From IMG/VR virus record IMGVR_UViG_3300017700_000477, positions 1 to 53,596 of that record: a stretch of 53,596 bases of DNA; one strand, 5' to 3'. Numbering within the stretch: the first letter of the stretch is position 1; each line of letters begins with the position of its first letter. The position numbers and the translations under genes were made by a program. The notes under the pieces are model-generated. The model was not told where the DNA came from and searched no databases. It saw nothing but the letters and a program-made list of their open reading frames with translations. Positions 44,616 through 52,207 of this stretch are shown piece by piece. Origin of the DNA: a virus (lineage: Duplodnaviria; Caudoviricetes).

Positions 44616-45068
44616 ATGGCGCGCTACGTCGGCCAGACGGTCGCCTCTCTCAACCGGATGCTGGGCAGCGCCACTGCGTTCCCTGGCGCCGGCAGCGCCA
44701 CGACGTTCCTGACGGGCGACGTAGCTGGCGGCGCGATCAACACCTTCGTCAACGGGCCGACCACGGGATCGCTTGCCGCTGGCACATATCTGATCATCGC
44801 CGGCGGCGTCTACACGATGGCGACGGCCGGGCAGGCGACCCTACGCATTCACAACGGATCGGCTGGCGTCAAGGACAGCAACGCGAACGTCGCGGCCAAC
44901 GGCAGCTTCATTCCGATGGAGATTTCCCTTGTCGTCACTATCGCCGCGCCTGCGACCTTCACGCTGCAGGTCGCCGATAACGTAGGCGCCACGGGCACAT
45001 TGAAGGCCACGGCGACCAACGGCACGACGAACAAGGCCACCTCCATCTCGGCAGTGAGGCTGGCGTAA
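44616..45068 (+). CDS. Small beta-sandwich fibre/spike protein, paralog 1
   Basis: MARYVG...GPTTGSL..GTYL...TFTLQ...I.A.RL. Confidence 0.7.
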   Translation: MARYVGQTVASLNRMLGSATAFPGAGSATTFLTGDVAGGAINTFVNGPTTGSLAAGTYLIIAGGVYTMATAGQATLRIHNGSAGVKDSNANVAANGSFIPMEISLVVTIAAPATFTLQVADNVGATGTLKATATNGTTNKATSISAVRLA

Positions 45069-45069
45069 C

Positions 45070-45540
45070 ATGGCCCGGTTTGTAGGAACGACGCAGAGCA
45101 TACTGACCCGGCTGCTGGGCGGCTCTGGCGGCGGCGTGGTGTTCCCGGTCGGCAGTGCGGCCACGACGTACATGGGCGCCGATCGTGCGCTCAACAACGT
45201 CTCCACGTTCTTCGATGGCCCGACCACCGGGTCCCTGCCGCCTGGCACCTATCTGCTGCTGGCCACCGCCCTGGTCACCGACTCGGCGGCCGGCGTCAAT
45301 ATCGTCGCGCAGATTTCCGACGGCACGGTCGCGCTTGCGTCCAGCCGCGGGTCGATAGCCGCGGCCAACCAGTTCGTCACTATCGGGCTCCAGGTCGTCG
45401 TGACCACCACCGCGCCGGCCACCACCTTCACGCTTCAGGCCAAGGACGTGTCCGCCACCAGCGGCGTGCTGCTGCGTTCCGCGGCCGCCGCCACGACAGC
45501 CAACGTCGCAACGAACATCACGGCCATCCGGCTGCCATAA
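45070..45540 (+). CDS. Small beta-sandwich fibre/spike protein, paralog 2
   Basis: MARFVG...GPTTGSL..GTYL...TFTLQ...I.A.RL. Confidence 0.7.
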   Translation: MARFVGTTQSILTRLLGGSGGGVVFPVGSAATTYMGADRALNNVSTFFDGPTTGSLPPGTYLLLATALVTDSAAGVNIVAQISDGTVALASSRGSIAAANQFVTIGLQVVVTTTAPATTFTLQAKDVSATSGVLLRSAAAATTANVATNITAIRLP

Positions 45541-45574
45541 AAAAGACCCCGCTGGCATGGGGTCCAGCGGGGTC
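45539..45574 (-). terminator. Rho-independent terminator (U-tract on the minus strand)
   Basis: 11-bp stem GACCCCGCTGG/CCAGCGGGGTC with A6 on its left. Confidence 0.85.
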
Positions 45575-45608
45575 AAGGCCTCGGGAGGGAGGAGTCGCTT
45601 GAGGCGAC
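45539..45608 (-). ncRNA. ~70-nt sRNA with anti-Shine-Dalgarno tract CUCCUCCCUCCC
   Basis: TTGCGA-N18-TATAAT promoter, 5' hairpin GUCGC/GCGAC, terminator, no ORF. Confidence 0.65.
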
Positions 45609-45688
45609 AGAGAGATTATAGGCACGGGATTTGGTTTATCGCAAGTCTTTTGTCTGGTACATTGTGATTATCGCAACATAGGTCGGCC

Positions 45689-45970
45689 GTGACACCAGTA
45701 GACACCTCCTCCCTGACCACCGCCGTCATCGCCCAATGGGGCGCATATGGCGTGATCCTGATCGTGATGGTGCTGGTCGTCGTCTACCTGGTGCGGCGCA
45801 TCGACTCGCTCGGCGGCGATATCAAGGAGCTCCAGCTCGGCCGCCTGAACGACGCCAAGGAATACGGCACGCAGCTCGCCGGCATCCTGGTCAAAAACTC
45901 AGAGACCAACAACCGCCTCGCCGACGGCATGGAAGCCTTCGGCCGGGTCGTCGAAATGGTGAAGCGATGA
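45689..45970 (+). CDS. Holin-like membrane protein
   Basis: One N-terminal TM segment plus coiled tail; first gene of the lysis cluster. Confidence 0.65.
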   Translation: MTPVDTSSLTTAVIAQWGAYGVILIVMVLVVVYLVRRIDSLGGDIKELQLGRLNDAKEYGTQLAGILVKNSETNNRLADGMEAFGRVVEMVKR

Positions 45971-46161
45971 TCCCTTTGAAGCCAGGGGAATTCGTCCCCG
46001 ATCCAATCTGGCGGGCCAATGCGCAGGCCGATCGCCGCGTCGAGAACGCGCTCCAGTGCATCGAGAAATCCCTCAACCCGCCCCTGACCTATCGCGAGAT
46101 GCACGCCTTCGAGTGCCTGCTGAACAGGGACGAGACTATGGACCGGGCGGGCCGCAAGTGA
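45967..46161 (+). CDS. Small hypothetical protein
   Basis: ATGA/GTGA coupling. Confidence 0.6.
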   Translation: MIPLKPGEFVPDPIWRANAQADRRVENALQCIEKSLNPPLTYREMHAFECLLNRDETMDRAGRK

Positions 46162-46625
46162 GCGTCCGCCTTCGCCCCGCATCCGGCATCGACGCTGAAC
46201 GCTGGATCCGGTGGATGGACGGCGAGGTGTTCCCTGACGACAAGCCGGTGACGTTCGTTGGCAGCCGGTGGGTCATCGGCTGGTCCGGCAGCAAGCCGGT
46301 CTGCTACGCCGCGTGGCGCCCGCATTATCCCATGGCGACCGTCGGCGAGCTCCACTGGACCGAGCAGGCAGGGTTCCTCTACCGCGCCGGCGTGCTGCCG
46401 GGAGCGAGAGGGAAGGGGCTACAGCGCAGCCTGATCGCCTGGCGCGAGAAGGACATGGCCGCGGCCGGCTTCAAGGTCGCCGTCTCCTACACCGACCCGA
46501 CCAGCGCGGCGTCGATGCGGTCGCTGATCGCCTGCGGGTATCGCCCCTATGCCGCGGACTTCAAGTCGAACCTGGCCGGCGTCGGGCGAGGGGATGGGTT
46601 CGTTCATTGGCGGAAGGATCTGTGA
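46158..46625 (+). CDS. GNAT-family acetyltransferase
   Basis: RAGVLP.ARGKGLQRSLI..RE, S.RSLIACGY. Confidence 0.85.
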   Translation: MSVRLRPASGIDAERWIRWMDGEVFPDDKPVTFVGSRWVIGWSGSKPVCYAAWRPHYPMATVGELHWTEQAGFLYRAGVLPGARGKGLQRSLIAWREKDMAAAGFKVAVSYTDPTSAASMRSLIACGYRPYAADFKSNLAGVGRGDGFVHWRKDL

Positions 46626-47269
46626 TGACCATCTCCGAGAAGCAATTCCGAGCGATGATGCCGAACGCTGGCACGCGGCTCGACGCTCACTGGCCATTCA
46701 TCAACTCGGCACTGGAGGAGGGGGCGATCAACACCCCCAAGCGGCAGGCCGCGTTCCTGGCGCAGCTTGCGCATGAGTCGGCCGAGTATCGCTACATGGA
46801 GGAGATCGCCGACGGCCGGGCCTACGAGTTCCGCACGGACCTGGGCAACACGCCGGTCGACGACGGGGATGGCCCCAAGTTCAAGGGCCATGGGCCGATC
46901 CAGATTACCGGTCACGACAACCACCTGGCCTGCGGTCGTGCGCTGGGGATCGACCTGATTGCCAACCCGCGGCTCCTCTGCCTGCCGCAGTACGGCACGC
47001 GCTCGGCGGTGTGGTTCTGGAATAGCCGCAAGCTGTCGCTGCTGGCCGACCATAGCTGGTTCAAGACGATCACGCGCCGCGTCAACGGTGGGCTGAACGG
47101 CTGGGCCGATCGGCTGTCCTATTACAATCGCAACCGCGACATCCTCGGTCTGCCGGCGCTCGTGTGGCAGGTCGACGAGGACGCCGACATCCGCGCGTTC
47201 CAGGCCAGCAAGGGGCTGGTGCCGGACGGTGCCGTTGGTCCCGCGACTCTGCGGGCGCTGGCGGCATGA
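46625..47269 (+). CDS. GH19 endolysin with C-terminal peptidoglycan-binding domain
   Basis: AAFLAQLAHES, GDG.KFKG.GPIQITG..N, TRRVNGG.NG..DR; AFQ..KGL.PDG.VGP.T. Confidence 0.92.
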   Translation: MTISEKQFRAMMPNAGTRLDAHWPFINSALEEGAINTPKRQAAFLAQLAHESAEYRYMEEIADGRAYEFRTDLGNTPVDDGDGPKFKGHGPIQITGHDNHLACGRALGIDLIANPRLLCLPQYGTRSAVWFWNSRKLSLLADHSWFKTITRRVNGGLNGWADRLSYYNRNRDILGLPALVWQVDEDADIRAFQASKGLVPDGAVGPATLRALAA

Positions 47270-47385
47270 ATTTCTCCCACATGCCGATCGGCCGTGTCCT
47301 GCGCCTGCTCCTGATGGCCGTCGCCGGCCTGACCTTCACGCTCGGCGCCCTGTTCGCCGTGGTCCTCGTGGTGGTGCTGCGATGA
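47266..47385 (+). CDS. Small membrane peptide (39 aa)
   Basis: Hydrophobic; ATGA coupling. Confidence 0.55.
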   Translation: MNFSHMPIGRVLRLLLMAVAGLTFTLGALFAVVLVVVLR

Positions 47386-47756
47386 CACTCGCGGGCGTCT
47401 GGGCACTGGCGCGCTCCGCCGCCGCTTCCTGGCAGTACATCGTCATCGGCCTGCTCGTGGTCGCCCTTGGCGCGCAGACTCTGCGTCTGTCGTGGGCGAA
47501 GAACGCCCTGATAGCCGATCGGGCAGCCCAAGCCGAGGCCGTGCGACTGCAGGCTGCCAAGGCCGAGTCCCTCTCGAACGAATTGATCATCGCCCAGGCC
47601 GCCGCCATGGCCATCACGGAAAGGACATCGGTGGAATATGTCGACCGCATCAAGACCGTTCGCGTGCCTACGGAATGTCCTGCTGATGAGCGCGATCGCC
47701 TTGGCAGCCGGGGCGTGCTCGAGCTCCTACATCGCAACAAGCCCGCGGCCAAGTGA
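47382..47756 (+). CDS. Inner-membrane spanin (Rz-like)
   Basis: N-terminal TM, coiled coil, C-terminal Cys; overlaps a lipoprotein gene. Confidence 0.75.
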   Translation: MTLAGVWALARSAAASWQYIVIGLLVVALGAQTLRLSWAKNALIADRAAQAEAVRLQAAKAESLSNELIIAQAAAMAITERTSVEYVDRIKTVRVPTECPADERDRLGSRGVLELLHRNKPAAK

Positions 47757-47919
47757 GGCTCTGATGGTCGACTGTCCCGAGCCGCAGTTGGTGCCAGACC
47801 CGGAGACGGCCGGCCGCACCGAGATCAACGTCGAGCGGATCGAGGTCGCCAAGTATGCGGTCTGCAACCGGGGCCGCTTCGAGGGCCTGCGGGACTGGAT
47901 CCGGGGGATGGCGAAGTGA
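47638..47919 (+). CDS. Outer-membrane spanin lipoprotein (Rz1-like)
   Basis: Lipobox LAAGAC, Pro-rich, P..LM..CP.P; overlapping frame. Confidence 0.8.
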   Translation: MSTASRPFACLRNVLLMSAIALAAGACSSSYIATSPRPSEALMVDCPEPQLVPDPETAGRTEINVERIEVAKYAVCNRGRFEGLRDWIRGMAK

Positions 47920-48182
47920 CCGCGCTCGAGCGCCTGGCCCTCGCTGTCGTGTTCGTCTTCATCGCCATGACCGGCGCCACGCGAGCCGACGAGGACCCGC
48001 GCAAGGAGTTCCCGCGCCTCCAGGCCACCGAGTTCTGCGCCGCTGTGAAGCTGCCGCCGCCCATCCTGGTCGAGGCCATCAACCACGCCATGTCGAAAGA
48101 CCCGGCGGCGTGGGGGCCGGTCGTCGAGTGGTTCAACCGTATTGGCGAACGATACATGGCACTCAAGTGTGGGGATTCCTGA
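47916..48182 (+). CDS. Secreted hypothetical protein
   Basis: Signal peptide ending TRA; two Cys. Confidence 0.65.
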   Translation: MTALERLALAVVFVFIAMTGATRADEDPRKEFPRLQATEFCAAVKLPPPILVEAINHAMSKDPAAWGPVVEWFNRIGERYMALKCGDS

Positions 48183-48562
48183 TGCGCAACTATCCTGCCG
48201 ACAGGTTCGTGATCGGGCTGCTGGTGGTGGCCGGCATCATCGCCGCCGTGGCCTGCGCCGCGCGCGCCGAGGATGGCCACGCCCTGCACCACGACAAGTA
48301 TATGCACTGGAAGCAGCCGGGGACGAACATCTCCTGCTGCAACGAGCGCAAGGTCGAGAATGGTGTCGTGACTGGCGACTGCTCGCCGGCCGAGGCGCGG
48401 GTCGTCAACGGCTCCTGGATCGCACGCAAGCCGGACGGGGAATGGGTAGACATCCCTGACGATCGCATCATCCGGGAGCGCAACCCGTCAAGCGAGGACG
48501 GGCACCTCTGCTACAACTACGGCAAGGTTCTCTGCTTCGTCCCGCCGTTCGGTGGTGGCTGA
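48182..48562 (+). CDS. Secreted Cys-rich hypothetical protein
   Basis: Signal peptide; SCC..DC...NP..GHLC...LCFVP. Confidence 0.7.
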   Translation: MRNYPADRFVIGLLVVAGIIAAVACAARAEDGHALHHDKYMHWKQPGTNISCCNERKVENGVVTGDCSPAEARVVNGSWIARKPDGEWVDIPDDRIIRERNPSSEDGHLCYNYGKVLCFVPPFGGG

Positions 48563-49815
48563 TGGCCGCCGCTCCTCTCTCGGACGCCCTGTGCCAGGAG
48601 GCGGTCGACGCCGTCGTCCAGCACGGCTCGATCTCGGCAGCCGCACGCGCGCTCGACATCTCCCGCGGCACGTTCGACGCCCGCCAGCGTGAGGCTCGCC
48701 GACGGGGCTTCGTCTCGACCCTGCCGCCCCGTCTGGTTCTGAAGGGCCAGTCCATCCTGCGCGATCGGGACGGCAACGAGACCGCGCGCTGGGACAAGAC
48801 CAAGCAGGAGGGCAGGGAGGTCGAGGACACTTTCCAGCTTCCCGACCCCAAGAAGGTCGTCAAGACCGCCACGCTCTACGACGCGCAGGGCAAGGTCACG
48901 TCGCAGTGGATCTCCGAGAAGCCGGAGGACGCCGAGCGCGAGGCCCTGTGGCAGGCGTTCGCGGACAAGCTGGCGGCAGACCTGCCGGCCCGCAAGCCCG
49001 TCACACGTGCCAAGGCAGCCTCCAATGCTGACCTCCTGGCCGTCTATCCGGTCGGCGACCATCACACGGGCATGATGGCCTGGGCCAAGGAGAGCGGCAA
49101 GGATTGGGACCTCAAGATCGCAGAGGGGACCCTGCAGCAGGCGGCTGCGCACCTGATCTCGCAGTGTCCGCCCAGCGACACCTGCCTGATCCCGTTCCTG
49201 GGCGACTTCTTCCACTACGACAGCTATTCGAGCGTCACGCCGGCCAGCAAGCACCTCGTCGACTCGGACGGGCGCATGCCCAAGATGGTCGACGTGGGCT
49301 GGATGCTGATCGAGTACGTGATCATGGCCGCGCTCGAGCGGCACAAGCACGTCAGGGTCATTTTCGAGAAGGGCAACCACGACGAGGCCACCGCAGCGGT
49401 CACGACCATGTTCCTCAAGCGGCTCTATCGCAACGAGCCGCGCGTCTCGGTCGATGACTCGCCGGCCTTCTGGCACTACTTCGAGTTCGGCAAGTGCCTG
49501 CTCGGGACCAACCACGGCGACAAGACCAAGTTCGAGAAGCAGCTTTCGGTCATGGCGCACGACCAGTCGGAAGCCTGGGGCCGGACGACCTACCGGATGA
49601 TGATGACCGGGCACGTCCACCACGAGCACCGCAAGGAATACCCAGGCGGCTGGGTCGAGAGCTTCGGTGTCCTGCCGCCTGGCGACGCCTACGCCCACCG
49701 CGGCGGCTACCGCAGCATCCAGCAGATGCACGCCCTGGTCTTCCACCGGGACGGCTACCTGGCCAGCCGGCACATGTTCTATCCGGGCATGTTCGATCAG
49801 AAGGTGGCGGCATGA
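48562..49815 (+). CDS. HTH-fused calcineurin-like metallophosphoesterase
   Basis: HGSISAAARAL HTH; GDHH, GDFFH, GNHD, HGD, GHVHH. Confidence 0.88.
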   Translation: MAAAPLSDALCQEAVDAVVQHGSISAAARALDISRGTFDARQREARRRGFVSTLPPRLVLKGQSILRDRDGNETARWDKTKQEGREVEDTFQLPDPKKVVKTATLYDAQGKVTSQWISEKPEDAEREALWQAFADKLAADLPARKPVTRAKAASNADLLAVYPVGDHHTGMMAWAKESGKDWDLKIAEGTLQQAAAHLISQCPPSDTCLIPFLGDFFHYDSYSSVTPASKHLVDSDGRMPKMVDVGWMLIEYVIMAALERHKHVRVIFEKGNHDEATAAVTTMFLKRLYRNEPRVSVDDSPAFWHYFEFGKCLLGTNHGDKTKFEKQLSVMAHDQSEAWGRTTYRMMMTGHVHHEHRKEYPGGWVESFGVLPPGDAYAHRGGYRSIQQMHALVFHRDGYLASRHMFYPGMFDQKVAA

Positions 49816-50939
49816 CCTACGTCCCATGGTGGCCAACGGCCTCGCTCAGTGGTGACTCGGCCAATAGCGGCACGGTCAACCCTTTGGATTATGGCGCCAA
49901 GTTCGACGGCGTGACCAACGACACAGCAGCAATCCAGTCCGCTATCAACGAGGCAAAAGGGCGGGGCCACAAAGGGCGCGCGCTCGGCAAGGTCGTCCTC
50001 CCGCCGGGTGTGGCGCTTATCACTGGCCTACTTCTCGATCGCTCCGTCGTCATCGAGGGCGCAGGCAACCACGCCTCGTTTCTAAAGACCGTGGCGGGCA
50101 CCACCGGCGCGGCGCTCACGATTGCAGTCGCCCACGACGGCAACAACTACGTGGCCGAGGGCGACCCGCAGGCGCACGTCTGCCTGTCCAATTTCACGCT
50201 CATGTCGAGCAAGTCCGACGTTCCAGGCCAGACCAACGGTCACGGCCTGCAGATATCGACGGCAGACGTCAACCAGGCCACGACCATCGTGTTGCTGGAC
50301 CGCATCAATATCGCGGGCTTCCCGGCGCACGGCATCAAGTCGGAAGGCTTCGCCGGCACCGTCCAAGCTCGCGACTGCCTGTTCCACAACAACCGCCTCA
50401 ACGGCGCGGATATCGCGTTCACCAACGACTGGTGGTTCACGAATTGTGCATTTGCCGTGAATGGCCAGGATGGCGTGAGCCTCTATGGCTGCAGCCAGAT
50501 GATCTTCACGACCTGCAACATGTACTCGTCGACCCGCTACAACGTGAACCTGTTCAACACCGTGGCCACGACGGGCAACGCCTGCAACAACCGCTTCTTC
50601 GGCTGTTCCTTCGACCGCGCTGGCCAGCACGGCGTCAACTACGACGTCCGGCAAAACCTCGATACCGAGTTCCATGGCTGCTACTGGCAGCTCAACAGCC
50701 TGCTCGGCTACCAGAATTATTATGATTTCTGCGTGCGCGACAACGTACTCGGCGGCTGCAAGATCATAGGCGGCTGGTTCCGAACGCCGACCGATGCGGT
50801 CTATAATATCGGCATCGCGACGCCCACGAACCAGGTCGTTGACCTGACCAGCGTGGCCTTCGCCGGCGGCCTAAACGCCGCGACCACTTGCAATGCACCG
50901 CAGCGCCTGACCGTCGAAAACAGGGCGGCCGTAGCATGA
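49812..50939 (+). CDS. Pectate-lyase-3-like right-handed beta-helix protein (depolymerase-like)
   Basis: VNPLDYGAKFDGVTNDTAAIQSAI, V.LPPG, IEGAG; Asn/Cys/Phe ladder repeats. Confidence 0.85.
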   Translation: MTYVPWWPTASLSGDSANSGTVNPLDYGAKFDGVTNDTAAIQSAINEAKGRGHKGRALGKVVLPPGVALITGLLLDRSVVIEGAGNHASFLKTVAGTTGAALTIAVAHDGNNYVAEGDPQAHVCLSNFTLMSSKSDVPGQTNGHGLQISTADVNQATTIVLLDRINIAGFPAHGIKSEGFAGTVQARDCLFHNNRLNGADIAFTNDWWFTNCAFAVNGQDGVSLYGCSQMIFTTCNMYSSTRYNVNLFNTVATTGNACNNRFFGCSFDRAGQHGVNYDVRQNLDTEFHGCYWQLNSLLGYQNYYDFCVRDNVLGGCKIIGGWFRTPTDAVYNIGIATPTNQVVDLTSVAFAGGLNAATTCNAPQRLTVENRAAVA

Positions 50940-51289
50940 CCATCCCACCCTGGAACCGCCGCTTTGAGGCATCCTGCCGCGACTGGCAAGTCCGCCTCGG
51001 GCTGATGGACTGGACGCTCACGTTCCGCGTCGAGCCGCCCAGCGGCAACTACGAGGCGACGATCTGCTACGACTGCGCCAGCCGGCAGGCGACGCTGACC
51101 TCGTTCGGCGCCGGGACACCGGGCCGGACGAAGGCCGACCGCATCGCCCTGCACGAGATGCTGCACCTGCTGTTCGCCGACACGCTGGTCATGGCCGCCA
51201 CGCGCGCCAGCGACATGCACCCGGACGTCGGCCGGGAGGAACATCGTGTCATCGAGCGGCTGCTCAACGCCCTGGAGGGACGGCCATGA
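50936..51289 (+). CDS. Small zincin metallopeptidase-like protein
   Basis: WQ.RLGL.DW, ALHEMLHL, EH..IE. Confidence 0.8.
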   Translation: MTIPPWNRRFEASCRDWQVRLGLMDWTLTFRVEPPSGNYEATICYDCASRQATLTSFGAGTPGRTKADRIALHEMLHLLFADTLVMAATRASDMHPDVGREEHRVIERLLNALEGRP

Positions 51290-51459
51290 CCGGCGCTCGC
51301 TACCCGCGGTTCGTCATGGAGTCCGACCGGTGCGTGCTGAAACTGTGGGACCCCGACGGCAAGCAGGACATCGTCGTGTGCGAGGTGTCGGCCAACCTGG
51401 CGCTGGTGCTGATCCGGGATCTCGCGGCGATCGTCGGGCGGATGGTGGCTAGGGGTTAG
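51286..51459 (+). CDS. Small hypothetical protein (57 aa)
   Basis: Hand-translated; SD GGAGG; ATGA coupling. Confidence 0.6.
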   Translation: MTGARYPRFVMESDRCVLKLWDPDGKQDIVVCEVSANLALVLIRDLAAIVGRMVARG

Positions 51460-51461
51460 GG

Positions 51462-51682
51462 CTGCGCGCAATTTGCGCGCGCTTCACGGTTCGTTCCGGT
51501 GTTTTCACAGGTTATCCACCGCTCAAAATCGTTATTAATCAATGGACTAGCGTAAGACTTAGCCCTTGACATGGCAGGGGTCACAGGTTCAATCCCTGTC
51601 GCGCCCACCAAGATAAATCAACGTTTTATGCCACTTCGGCCCCTTCTGTGAGGGGGTCGATTTGCGCGCGATTTGCGCGCAA
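51462..51682. other. attP: core 51564-51610 matching the 3' half of a tRNA-Val(GAC), arm-type repeats TTGCGCGC and IHF-like sites
   Basis: CC-TTGACAT-GGCAG-GGGTC-ACAGG-TTCAATC-CCTGT-CGCGCCC-ACCA; IHF consensus AATCAACGTTTTA at 51616; repeats at about 51462, 51472, 51661, 51672. Confidence 0.9.
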
Positions 51683-52207
51683 TCCATGCTGAGATACGAC
51701 AGCTTGCGCTAGTCTTATTAGTACGCCCGCGCCCCAATCCGACATGGCGGTGTTTGCTGCAACGCAGACTATGCGAACGTTTCCCATGCGATAAGATTTG
51801 CCAGAGTCGATGCGATCGACCGATGGCGCCCAAGGATTCCGAGGGCAGCCCGACGAGTTTATGAAGGACAGCGGCACACCGGAGATGGCGCACTTTCCTT
51901 GGCTATCCCTGAGCAGTTTCGCTAATTGTTTTTCGGTGAGGCGGACTTGCCTGCGGTCATGACCGCACTTGGCAACGCGCTGCAATCTAGCAAGAAGCGA
52001 TCGCGCAAATTTTGCAGAAGCCATCTTGCGGAAATGGCTTTCATCCGTGTCCGATTCTTCAATCATGGAAAAGCGCAGCGCCGCGGCCCTAGCTTCCGCA
52101 ACTCGCCTGTCGTTCGTTTTCATGGACTGTCGGAATGAACGCCCACTGACGGCCCAGGTGGCGTACCACCTATCGCTTGCGGCTATCTTTGCGAGTTTTA
52201 CTTTCAT
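51626..52207 (-). CDS. Chimeric protein: integrase-type arm-binding N-terminus plus HNH-like (DRID-type) C-terminus
   Basis: RWYATW.VSGRSFRQSMKT.DRR.AE; CAISG...PSVDRIDS.KSY..GNVRIVC..AN. Confidence 0.75.
   Translation of the reverse strand: MKVKLAKIAASDRWYATWAVSGRSFRQSMKTNDRRVAEARAAALRFSMIEESDTDESHFRKMASAKFARSLLARLQRVAKCGHDRRQVRLTEKQLAKLLRDSQGKCAISGVPLSFINSSGCPRNPWAPSVDRIDSGKSYRMGNVRIVCVAANTAMSDWGAGVLIRLAQAVVSQHGLRANRAQIDPLTEGAEVA

Noticed and set aside
41371-45540. Diversity-generating retroelement as in BPP-1
   Set aside because: No reverse transcriptase and no TR/VR repeat pair differing at adenines was seen.
51564-51610. Second tRNA gene (Val-GAC)
   Set aside because: Only the anticodon loop through CCA is present, with no D-arm or 5' acceptor strand. 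It is the attP core.
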